Of a stretch of 64,000 nucleotides of DNA, positions 46,695 through 55,430 are shown piece by piece (positions within the stretch are counted from its first letter, which is position 1; every line of letters starts with the position of its first letter). A program made the translations under genes and the position numbers. Origin of the DNA: an uncultured Chloroflexia bacterium (GTDB lineage Bacteria; Chloroflexota; Limnocylindria; Limnocylindrales; CSP1-4); contig OY970218.1 in NCBI GenBank assembly GCA_963713975.1, positions 1,248,001-1,312,000 of the forward strand. Reading direction: 5' to 3'. Below the pieces are notes generated by a model. It saw only the letters and a list, made by a program, of their open reading frames with translations. It made no database searches and was not told the DNA's origin.

Positions 46695-47522
46695 TCAGCC
46701 CACCACGTTGGAAGCATCCGCCAGCTCGTCCGGGTCGACCTGCGCGACCACAACGCGCACACCCTCGGCTTCCACGTCGGCCCGCTGCCGCTCGGTGATG
46801 CCGTCGTCCACGACAAGGATGTCGACGGCCGCGAGGGGCACGACGTTCGACATCGCGGTCGTCTCGAACTTCGACGAATTGGCGAGCAGGATGACCTCGT
46901 CCGCGATCCGGACGAGCTCGCGCTTGGTCTCTGCGTCCCAGGCGTTGCCGCACCACAGGGCACCGCGCCCGATGGCCGTTGCGGCGAGAAAGACCTGGTT
47001 GACACGCAAGTTGGACAGCGCGGTGAGCGTCGCGGGACCCGCGAATCCTTGGGACTCCGAGTGGAGGACGCCACCGAGGCCCACGACCTCCACCCCGGGC
47101 TTGTCGCGCAGAATGGCCATCACCGGCAGAGAGGGCGTGACGACCGACAGCCGCAGGGACGGGCCAAGCCGCGTCGCGAGCTCGACGCCCGTCGTGCCGT
47201 TGTCGATGGCGATGGAGGAATTGCTAGCGATGAGTGTCAGAGCGGCCCCGGCGATCGCCGCCTTGGCATCATGCCGCAGTGTGGAGCGGAGGCGGAAGTC
47301 CGTGCCGAAGGTGAGGCCGGCGTTGGGGGTCACCCCGCCGTGAACTGCCCGAACGAGCCCCTGATCCGCCAGCAGCCGGATGTCCCGGCGAATGGTCATC
47401 TCCGAGACGCCGAGCGATTCAGCCAGCTCGCTCGCGCCAAGGAAGCTCGATCCGCCCACCATGTCGACGATGCGGCGCCGACGGGCGGGTGCTGATCCAT
47501 ATCGGAGGCTATCGACGTCCAT
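46695..47522 (-). CDS. DeoR/GlpR family transcriptional regulator
   Basis: LGVSEMTIRRD, VHGG, IDNGTT, SSKF. Confidence 0.95.
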   Translation of the reverse strand: MDVDSLRYGSAPARRRRIVDMVGGSSFLGASELAESLGVSEMTIRRDIRLLADQGLVRAVHGGVTPNAGLTFGTDFRLRSTLRHDAKAAIAGAALTLIASNSSIAIDNGTTGVELATRLGPSLRLSVVTPSLPVMAILRDKPGVEVVGLGGVLHSESQGFAGPATLTALSNLRVNQVFLAATAIGRGALWCGNAWDAETKRELVRIADEVILLANSSKFETTAMSNVVPLAAVDILVVDDGITERQRADVEAEGVRVVVAQVDPDELADASNVVG

Positions 47523-47647
47523 CGGGTCCTCGAGACGGGTTGGCTATGGCATGCTGAGCCGGAGTCCCGTCGGCGTCACGCACGAGGTTGTTGTGCGTCC
47601 CGCCGAACGACACATCCAAAGAACAACATTCACACAAGAAACGATAG

Positions 47648-49564
47648 ATGTCAAACACTTCTCCCTTGGTGACGTGTATCGGAACGGCTACTCTCGACGC
47701 CGTCCTGGTCGCGGACGGGCCACTGCACGCGGACTCGCGGATCGCCGCCAAAGGAGGCCTGATCGCCGGCGGCGGGCCGGCCGCAACGGCCGCTGTCGCG
47801 GTCGCGCGCCAGGGTGTCAGTGCCGCTTTCATCGGGCAGGTCGGCGATGACGAGGCCGGCGCCACGATCAAGGAGGGCTTGGAGCGCGAAGGGATCGAGA
47901 CGAGCCTCCTGCAGGTCGTGCCGGGCGGCCGCACGGCCCTGAGCGCGGTCATCGTCGACTCGCGGGATGCCGGGCGCCTGATCGTGACCCACCCCGGCGC
48001 GCTGACGCCTATCACCCCCGACGGCGAGGCCCTCGCGCTGTGCGAGCGCTCACGCTGGGTCCACGTCGATCAGGCGGGCTGGCCGGCGGTCGCGGAGCTC
48101 CGCGACTGCGGCATGATGACGCCGATCTCGGTCGACGGGGGCAACCCAATCGAGGGTCTCGACGTATCGATCACGACGATCTACGCGCCATCCGAGGGCG
48201 GGCTCCTCGCCGCGTCGGGCAAGGCTGACCTGATCTCCGCCATGTGCTGGGCCCTGGATGCTGGGGCCCGACTCGTGGTCGTCACGCGCGGGGCTGCGGG
48301 CGCGATCGCGATGGGCGACTTCGACCTCGACGCGGGCGACGCCGATGCGACCTTGCGCGGCTCGCCGGTCACGCCCGCTCCGCGGATGACCGTCAGCGAG
48401 CCTGCACCGAGCGTCCCTGTCATAAGCACCCTCGGGGCGGGCGACGTCTTCCACGGGCTCCTGCTCGCGGCGCTGTGTCACGGCGCCTCGGTGAGGGACG
48501 CGATGAAGTCGGCGAACGTCGGCGCCGCAATGGCCTGCGCCGGTCTTGACGGCCGCTCGGCCATCCCCGACCGGGCGACTCTCGAGGTCGCGATCGCGAG
48601 AGGCTCGGCGCTGAGACCTCGAACGGCGACCGCGCGGGAGGGCCATCCGCACGCCGGAGCCGAGGACGTCGCCCGCGCGTTCGGAGCGATCACCCGCCCG
48701 TCGGGTGCGTTCGCCATGGTGGCCATCGACCAGCGCGAGTCGCTGCGGGCCATGCTCTCCCCGTCGAACCCCGCCGATGTCCCCGACGCCGAGCTGGTCG
48801 AGTTCAAGCACGAGGTCACGCTCGCCCTGTCGGGCTACGCATCGGCCATCCTCTTCGACCGGGGCTACGGCCTACCCGCGATCGAGGCGATCGGTACGCT
48901 GTCCCCGTCCTGCGGGCTCATCCTGGCGGCCGATGTGTTCGAACAGACGGCGGGTGGTCCGATCCGGTCCGTGTCGGTCGATCGGCAGGCAGGATCTGTC
49001 GCCCGTGCAGTCCGGGCGAGTGCCATGAAGCTGCTCGTCCCGTGGCGGACAGACCAGAGCCCGGCGAAGCGAGCGGATCTCGTGGACGAGTTCGTGGACC
49101 TGTGTCGAGAGTTCGGGATGCTCTCGCTGGTCGAGGCGGTTGTGCAGGATGACGGACGGCGGAAGCCAGACTGGTACGGCACGGACGGAATCCTCTGCGC
49201 GGCCGAGGAGATGGCCAGCCACGCATTCGACCTCTACAAAGCGCAGGTCCCGACTTTCGGGGCCGGTACCCCGGACGAGATCACCTCGATCAGCCGGCGA
49301 CTCACTGAGGCGATCGGCCGCCCGTGGGTCGTGCTGTCCAGCGGCGTCCCCCCGGAGCGGTTTGGTGCCGCTATGGAGGCTGCTTGCCGCGGCGGCGCAT
49401 CGGGCTTTCTTGCGGGCCGTGCGATCTGGACCTCGGCGCTCGCGGCCGACGATCGTGCGGCGCACCTCGTAGACGTCAGTGTTCCGCGGCTCAAGCGCCT
49501 GCTGAGCGTGGTAGACACCGTAGCCAGGCCCTGGCACTCGTCGTTGACCGGGGTTGTCTCCTGA
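47648..49564 (+). CDS. Fused PfkB kinase (YihV-like) and class I aldolase (YihT/LacD-like)
   Basis: N-half GGGPAATAAVA and GAGDVFHG. C-half ITRPSGAFAMVAIDQRE, DLYK, WVVLSSGV, GASGFLAGRAIW. One open frame; start may be slightly downstream. Confidence 0.88.
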   Translation: MSNTSPLVTCIGTATLDAVLVADGPLHADSRIAAKGGLIAGGGPAATAAVAVARQGVSAAFIGQVGDDEAGATIKEGLEREGIETSLLQVVPGGRTALSAVIVDSRDAGRLIVTHPGALTPITPDGEALALCERSRWVHVDQAGWPAVAELRDCGMMTPISVDGGNPIEGLDVSITTIYAPSEGGLLAASGKADLISAMCWALDAGARLVVVTRGAAGAIAMGDFDLDAGDADATLRGSPVTPAPRMTVSEPAPSVPVISTLGAGDVFHGLLLAALCHGASVRDAMKSANVGAAMACAGLDGRSAIPDRATLEVAIARGSALRPRTATAREGHPHAGAEDVARAFGAITRPSGAFAMVAIDQRESLRAMLSPSNPADVPDAELVEFKHEVTLALSGYASAILFDRGYGLPAIEAIGTLSPSCGLILAADVFEQTAGGPIRSVSVDRQAGSVARAVRASAMKLLVPWRTDQSPAKRADLVDEFVDLCREFGMLSLVEAVVQDDGRRKPDWYGTDGILCAAEEMASHAFDLYKAQVPTFGAGTPDEITSISRRLTEAIGRPWVVLSSGVPPERFGAAMEAACRGGASGFLAGRAIWTSALAADDRAAHLVDVSVPRLKRLLSVVDTVARPWHSSLTGVVS

Positions 49565-49772
49565 GACTGGTGCCGACAGGCGCGCCGGGCATCGCTTGAC
49601 CCGCACCCGGTCGGCCTGCGCCACCCGCCCGACCGACGGCGCAGGCGTATCCTCGATTCAGTAGCGACCGCCGCACCGGCACCTGTGCTCCGTGACCGCG
49701 GATGCCGTACCACCGGCGGTGCCTTCCATCGGGGATTGCTGCTCCCTGAGGCTGATTTGGAGGCAACCTCGC

Positions 49773-50825
49773 ATGGCCAGGGTGACGATCATCGGTGCCG
49801 GCATGATGGGCACCGCGATGTGCTGGCCGTCCGCCGACCGTGACCATGAGGTTCGCCTTGTCGGGACCCCGCTCGACGAGGACGCGATCCGCAGCATCCG
49901 CGAGACCCGCGTCCATCCCAATCTCGAACGCGAGGTCCCGGCGGGTGTGCGGGTCTATCCCGTCGCTCAGCTCGCCTCTGCCATCGACGGCGCCGACCTC
50001 ATCATCAACGGTGTCAGCAGCTTCGGGGTCGACTGGTTCGCCGAGGCGGTCGGACCGTACCTGCGACCGGACGTGCCCGTCCTCTCGGTGACGAAGGGCC
50101 TCGAGGGCGACGAGGACGGTACTCTCGTCACGCTTCCGGTGGCCCTCGATCGCAAGCTGCCGCCCGAGCAGCGCGGCTCCATCCGGTTCAACGCCATCGG
50201 CGGCCCCTGCATCGCGCACGAGCTGGCTGCTCGACGCCACACAGCCGTCGTCTTCACGGGCTCCGATGAGGCGACGCTTGCGACGCTTCGCGACATGCTC
50301 TCGACCTCCTACTACCACGTGTGGGTCTCGACCGATGTAACCGGCATCGAGGTGTGCGCCGCGATGAAGAACGCCTATGCGCTCGGGGTGGCCCTCGCCG
50401 TCGGACAGATGGAGGCGATGGGCCCGGACGGGCTCGCGAACGGGTACAACCCGCAAGCGGCGTTGGTGGCGCAGAGCTGCTTCGAGATGCGCCGACTGAT
50501 CGAGGTGCTTGGCGGCGACCCCGGCCAGGTGAGCTGGCTGCCGGGTGCCGGCGACCTGTACGTCACGGTCTTCGGCGGTCGCACGGTCCGCCTTGGCAAG
50601 ATGCTCGGCAAGGGGATGCCGTTCGCCAAGGCCCGCGAGGTGCTAGCCGGCGTCACGCTCGAGAGCGTGGAGATCACGACGCGTGTCGTGCGGGCATTGC
50701 CCAAGCTCGAGGAGCGTGGCACGGTGAAGGCGTCCGACTTCCCGTTGCTCCTCCATCTCGACCGGGTCCTGAACCACGCGGACCCCGTCGATATCCCCTG
50801 GGACGCCTTCTTTCCGTCGCGCTAA
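49773..50825 (+). CDS. NAD(P)H-dependent glycerol-3-phosphate dehydrogenase family protein
   Basis: IIGAGMMG, VTKGLE, GGPCIAHE, AAMKNAYA, GAGDLYVT. Confidence 0.85.
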   Translation: MARVTIIGAGMMGTAMCWPSADRDHEVRLVGTPLDEDAIRSIRETRVHPNLEREVPAGVRVYPVAQLASAIDGADLIINGVSSFGVDWFAEAVGPYLRPDVPVLSVTKGLEGDEDGTLVTLPVALDRKLPPEQRGSIRFNAIGGPCIAHELAARRHTAVVFTGSDEATLATLRDMLSTSYYHVWVSTDVTGIEVCAAMKNAYALGVALAVGQMEAMGPDGLANGYNPQAALVAQSCFEMRRLIEVLGGDPGQVSWLPGAGDLYVTVFGGRTVRLGKMLGKGMPFAKAREVLAGVTLESVEITTRVVRALPKLEERGTVKASDFPLLLHLDRVLNHADPVDIPWDAFFPSR

Positions 50826-50878
50826 CTCGGCGGCTCCCAAACACGTGTTGCACCTGCATCCGCTAGATGGGTGAATTG

Positions 50879-52396
50879 ATGAACGCGTACCTCTCGATCG
50901 ACGTCGGCACCTCGTCGACCAAGGTGTCCGCCTACGACGCGCAGGGCGCACTGCTTGTCGCCCACAGCGCTGGCTACGCGATCGAGGTACCGCAGGCGGG
51001 CTGGGCCGAGCAGGATCCCGACGAGTGGTGGCGGGCCGTGTGCAGCCTGACGCCGGAGGTCATGGCCGCGTTGGGAGCGCATCACGTGGCCACGATCTCG
51101 GTGAGCGGGCAAGCTCCCCTCTGCGTGCCCGTCGATGCCGACGGGAATCCGCTGCGCAAGGCCATCCTGTGGCTCGACCGGCGTGCGACGCCGCAGGTCG
51201 ACTGGCTGGTCGAGCACGTGGGTGAGGAGCGCTGCCTGCGGGTCGGGGCCAACCGCCTCGACAGCTACTTCGGCGGCATCAAATGGCTTTGGTATCGCCA
51301 GGTGGAGCCCGACCTCTTCGCCCGGACCTGGAAGATCATGCAGGCCAACGGGTTCGTTAGCTGGAAGCTGACGGGCGCCTCGGCGATCGATCCGACGCAG
51401 GCCGGCCTGTGCTCGCCGTGCTTCGACATCACCACCGGGCAGTGGGATGCGGCCATCTGCGAGGCCATGGGCCTGCCGATCGGGATGCTCCCGGAGATCA
51501 AGCCCTCGCAGGCGGTGATCGGGACCGTCCACGCCGACGCCGCCCGGGAGAGCGGGCTCCCCGTCGGGACGCCCGTGGTTTGCGGCGCCGGTGACTACGC
51601 CTGTGCCTGTCTCGGGGCCGGCGTCACCGGTCGCGGCACTGGTGCGCTGATGCTCGGCACGGCCGGCAACCTGCTCACGCCCGGGGCCGCCAACCCGGAT
51701 CCGCGCCTGCTGCACACCCACGACGTCGAGGGCAAGCCGCTGACGTTCGGGGGCGTCATGGCCGGAGGCAACCTCACCTGGTTCGCGGGGCTCTTCGAGG
51801 ACCTGTCGGGGCGCACGCCGTCTGACTTCTTCGAGGGTGCCGACCAGGAGGCCTCCCGCATTCCCGCGGGCAGCGAGGGCCTGCTCTACCTGCCCTACCT
51901 CATGGGGGAGCGGACCCCGATCTGGGACCCTGAGGCGCGTGGCGCCTTTGTGGGGCTGACAAGCCGCCACACTCGCGCCCACCTCTACCGTGCCGTGCTT
52001 GAGGGTGTCGCCTTCGCCTTCCGGCAGATCGTCGAGATCTCGGGGAGCGCGGGCCTCGAGTCGATCGTTGCCATTGACGGCGGCGCGCGGAGCATGTTGT
52101 GGCGCTCGATCTTCGCCTCGGTGCTGGGGCTCCCGATCCGATCAGGTGGCGTGGGTGCCGGAACCGGGCTCGGATCCGCCTTCCTTGCCGCGCTCGGGGC
52201 TGGCGAGTTCGCCGAGTTCGAAAGCATCTCGCGCTGGGTCCAAGCGGGCGACGAGATCCTGCCGGATCCCGCGGACCGTCGCCGCTACGACGAGCTGTAC
52301 CCGGTCTATGCCGGGCTGTACGAGAAGCTCCAGCCCGACTTCCGGGCCCTGGGGGATAGGGCGTCGTCGGTTGGACAGTGCTGCTCGGGGCGCTGA
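50879..52396 (+). CDS. FGGY family carbohydrate kinase (xylulokinase-like)
   Basis: IDVGTSSTK, AEQDP, ILWLDRR, LPYLMGERTP, RAVLEGVA. Confidence 0.93.
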   Translation: MNAYLSIDVGTSSTKVSAYDAQGALLVAHSAGYAIEVPQAGWAEQDPDEWWRAVCSLTPEVMAALGAHHVATISVSGQAPLCVPVDADGNPLRKAILWLDRRATPQVDWLVEHVGEERCLRVGANRLDSYFGGIKWLWYRQVEPDLFARTWKIMQANGFVSWKLTGASAIDPTQAGLCSPCFDITTGQWDAAICEAMGLPIGMLPEIKPSQAVIGTVHADAARESGLPVGTPVVCGAGDYACACLGAGVTGRGTGALMLGTAGNLLTPGAANPDPRLLHTHDVEGKPLTFGGVMAGGNLTWFAGLFEDLSGRTPSDFFEGADQEASRIPAGSEGLLYLPYLMGERTPIWDPEARGAFVGLTSRHTRAHLYRAVLEGVAFAFRQIVEISGSAGLESIVAIDGGARSMLWRSIFASVLGLPIRSGGVGAGTGLGSAFLAALGAGEFAEFESISRWVQAGDEILPDPADRRRYDELYPVYAGLYEKLQPDFRALGDRASSVGQCCSGR

Positions 52397-52885
52397 TCTC
52401 CAACCACGACGCCACTCGCCAAGCGTCCGCCCGCTGGCTTCGTCGAGCCTGATTTCCGGCTGCCCACCAGGTGCCGGTCAGGCAGTCGCGCCGTCGATCC
52501 ACCGCTCCGCCCCCGTCAGCGCGATCTCCAGCGGCAGTCGGACCGGGACATAAAGGTCGGTCGTGGAGGTTTGTCTCCTCTCGCCCCGACCAGATCGACC
52601 TTCGTTCGTGCTCAGAAATGCCCGTTTCGAGGCACGTGCCGGCCGGGCTCGGGGATTTGCCCCAACCAGCTTGACGCTCGAGCCGCAGGACGCCAGAGCC
52701 GAACGAGGCGTCCGCCCCGCGCCTTCGCGTGAGCCGTCAGTGTGGACGTGTAGTCAATCACCCCCAGGACGTCGATCCGCTCGAACAGGTGTGGGGTCAG
52801 GAACCTCGATTCGCGCTCGGATCGACATCGCGCAAACGATCGGCCGCCCGTTGCCCTGCCTGGTCGGCTGCTCTATGCTTGACTC

Positions 52886-53134
52886 ATGGCAGCAAGAGTC
52901 AAGCATCGTCGACGCGGCTATACCCGGGTCAGCGCGAAACACCAGGTGACGCTCCCGATGGAGGCCCTGGAGCGTGCCGGCATCCGGACCGGCGACACCC
53001 TGCGGGCCGAGGTCCGCGGCCCGGGCGAGGTCCTCCTGGTCCGCGAGGTGGATCCCGTGACCCAGTTCGCCGGTGCCCTCACCGGGGTCTACCTGCCTGG
53101 CGGGCTCGACAACCTGCGCGACGAATGGGACTGA
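52886..53134 (+). CDS. AbrB/MazE/SpoVT family antitoxin
   Basis: TRVSAKHQVTLP...GIRTGD; promoter TTGCCC-N17-TATGCT-N6-ATG. Confidence 0.87.
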   Translation: MAARVKHRRRGYTRVSAKHQVTLPMEALERAGIRTGDTLRAEVRGPGEVLLVREVDPVTQFAGALTGVYLPGGLDNLRDEWD

Positions 53135-53538
53135 CCGTCCTCGACGCGGGCGTCGTGATCGCGGTTCTCGACGCCGGCGATGTGCACCACGCGGTCGCCG
53201 CGATTGCGCTGACGGAAGCGCGCGATCGGGGCGACGAACTCGTCATCCCGGTGTCTGCCTACGCCGAGTGCCTCGTCTCCCCGAGCCGGGTTGGGCAAGC
53301 GGCCATCGCCACGGTGGACCGGTTCCTCGACGGCCTTCCCGCGCGCGTCGAGCCTGCAACCCGCGTCATCGGCGCCGCCGCCGCCTCCCTTCGGGGTGCG
53401 CACGGACCTTCGTTGCGCCTGCCGGACGCCCTGGTCGTCGCCACTGCCATCGTGCTCGACGCGGATCGAATCATCACGACGGACGCCCGCTGGCCGGCAC
53501 TCGCCGTCAGGGTCGAATTGCTCAGGAAGGACACCTAG
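53125..53538 (+). CDS. PIN-domain (VapC) toxin
   Basis: VLDAGVVIA, AYAEC, LRLPDALVVATA, ITTD; overlaps the antitoxin stop. Confidence 0.9.
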   Translation: MGLTVLDAGVVIAVLDAGDVHHAVAAIALTEARDRGDELVIPVSAYAECLVSPSRVGQAAIATVDRFLDGLPARVEPATRVIGAAAASLRGAHGPSLRLPDALVVATAIVLDADRIITTDARWPALAVRVELLRKDT

Positions 53539-53798
53539 AGCCCGGGCATCGATGAGGTCGGTGCTGCAGGGACGATTGGTCTTCTCGTCCGAACGGGCGG
53601 GATCTCACCAGGCGTCAGGAGCGCCGGGGTTCCATGATCGAAATCGTCGTCGCGACTCCTCTCGCCCCGCCCAATGCACCTCCTCGTCCCTGCGGGTTGT
53701 AGACGCCCGTACACGCTCTGCAACACGCCAAGGAGCCCAGGACACCGGGCCCTCCTCCACTCTGCCTCGAGGATGCCGGCAACACCGACGTCCCAGCT

Positions 53799-53852
53799 GT
53801 ACACGAACCAGTACACATAGGCATGGACCCAGGAGAGTCCGGCAAGCATGCT
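53799..53852 (+). promoter_or_regulatory. Promoter of the ATPase/recombinase operon with GTACAC-N6-GTACAC
   Basis: GTACAC(53799)-N6-GTACAC-N7-TGGACC-N17-CATGCT. Confidence 0.6.
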
Positions 53853-53913
53853 GTTGAGGCATGGCCAAGCGCTGGCCGTCTCCGGTGCCCGGCACGTGAG
53901 CTTGTTACAGGAC

Positions 53914-55068
53914 TTGAAACAATTGTCACAAACGCGATCGACGAACCCATTCCGACCCGGCAGCGGGATCCTCCCGCCGCTCCTGGCCGGGCGCGACCGC
54001 GAGACGGCCATCCTCGACGCGCGCGTCGCGCGGACCCGCCAGGGTCAGCCGCAACACACCGCGCTGCTCGGCGAATGGGCGATCGGCAAGACGACGTTGC
54101 TGATGCACTGGCGTCGACTTCGGCAACAGGCCGGCGACGTCGTCGTCCTCTCGATGGCCTACCCGCAGCCCGCCGAGGACTTCCTCGCCGGCCTGGTCAC
54201 GACGATCGAAGCTGAGCTGTCGACGGATTGGGGTCGGCGCGTGGAGGTGGAGATCGGGCTCGACATCGGTATCGCCGATGCTCGTGTCCGGCGGCCGTCA
54301 CGTGATCCGGAGCGCGACCTTCGCGCGGCCCTCCGACGCCTCGTCGAGCGTCGGGCAGGCGAGGAGCGGTCTGTCGTCGTCCTCCTCGACGATGTCGACC
54401 TGCTTCCCGACACCGGGGATGCGCTCCTGCGCCTGCGAGCATGTGCCCTCGAGCTGTACGCCGCCGACCTGCCTCTGGCATTCGTCATCGCCGCGTCGCC
54501 AGGTCTGTTCACGGAGGTTCGATCGGCTCATGAGCCGCTGGTTCGGTTCTTCGAGCCGCTGTCCGTCGGTCCGCTCGACGACACGGACACAGCTCGAGCC
54601 CTGACCGAGCCCCTCGGTGAGACGACCGTCCGTTTCGACGCTGATGTGGTCGCCGAGATCGTGGACCTTGCCGGCGGCCGACCGTACTACGTGCAGAAGC
54701 TCGGCTACTACGCGTTCGACGCCGCGGCCAATGGTCGGGTCACACGGGCAGAGTTCGCGGTCGCCTTCGAGCGCGCGTTCGCTTCGGTGAGCCAGGAGAT
54801 CTTCGCTGGGCGCTGGGCGAGGATGTCGCCGATCGACCGCCAGGTCGTGGCCGTCGTCGCCCGAAGCACCGAGCCGCGCTCCTCGGGCGACATCGAAGCC
54901 GAGGCGGCACGACGCGGAGTGAGGCCGGGAGCGGCCCGACAATCGCTGCGGCGTCTTGCCTCGAAGGGCCAGATCGACCGGCTCACCAACGGGCATCGAG
55001 GTCGTTACGCGGTTCGGGATCGGCTCTTCCGGCGGTACCTGGAACTGCAGGCTGGGACGACGTCTTGA
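53914..55068 (+). CDS. AAA/STAND-like ATPase with C-terminal winged helix (start uncertain, 53848-53923)
   Basis: NPFRPGSG..PP.LAGRDRE, GEWAIGKT, LLDDVD, GGRPYYVQ, C-terminal HTH-wing. Confidence 0.85.
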   Translation: MKQLSQTRSTNPFRPGSGILPPLLAGRDRETAILDARVARTRQGQPQHTALLGEWAIGKTTLLMHWRRLRQQAGDVVVLSMAYPQPAEDFLAGLVTTIEAELSTDWGRRVEVEIGLDIGIADARVRRPSRDPERDLRAALRRLVERRAGEERSVVVLLDDVDLLPDTGDALLRLRACALELYAADLPLAFVIAASPGLFTEVRSAHEPLVRFFEPLSVGPLDDTDTARALTEPLGETTVRFDADVVAEIVDLAGGRPYYVQKLGYYAFDAAANGRVTRAEFAVAFERAFASVSQEIFAGRWARMSPIDRQVVAVVARSTEPRSSGDIEAEAARRGVRPGAARQSLRRLASKGQIDRLTNGHRGRYAVRDRLFRRYLELQAGTTS

Positions 55069-55430
55069 CCACGAGCCAGCGCGTGGCCAACCGTCGCGCT
55101 CGCCCCGTGCCGCCGGATCAAGCCTCGGATGAGCGCACGTGGTCGAGGTCGCGTCGCCAGATCCGAGTGGTTCCATCGGCTGGGCACGCGGTGGCGAGCG
55201 GACGCAGCCGAGACCCGGTCAGGCGCGGAACCCGGAGCGCTCAGGGCCAACGGCTGCCTCGTGAACAGAACATCGTCGTCCTTGCGCTAGCACGCCTCGT
55301 TCGCGAAGCGATCGAAGCCGACGAGAGCGTCGACATGGGCGAGCCAGGGCCAGGGCGTAGAATCCCGGGTCCGGCCCACGATAACCGGGTCGCGCAGAGG
55401 CTCTTCGATGCGACTGACACGGCCCCGTAG
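55065..55430 (+). CDS. Hypothetical protein between the ATPase and the recombinase
   Basis: Overlaps both neighbours; helix VVLALARLVREAI; no family recognised. Confidence 0.35.
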   Translation: MTTSQRVANRRARPVPPDQASDERTWSRSRRQIRVVPSAGHAVASGRSRDPVRRGTRSAQGQRLPREQNIVVLALARLVREAIEADESVDMGEPGPGRRIPGPAHDNRVAQRLFDATDTAP

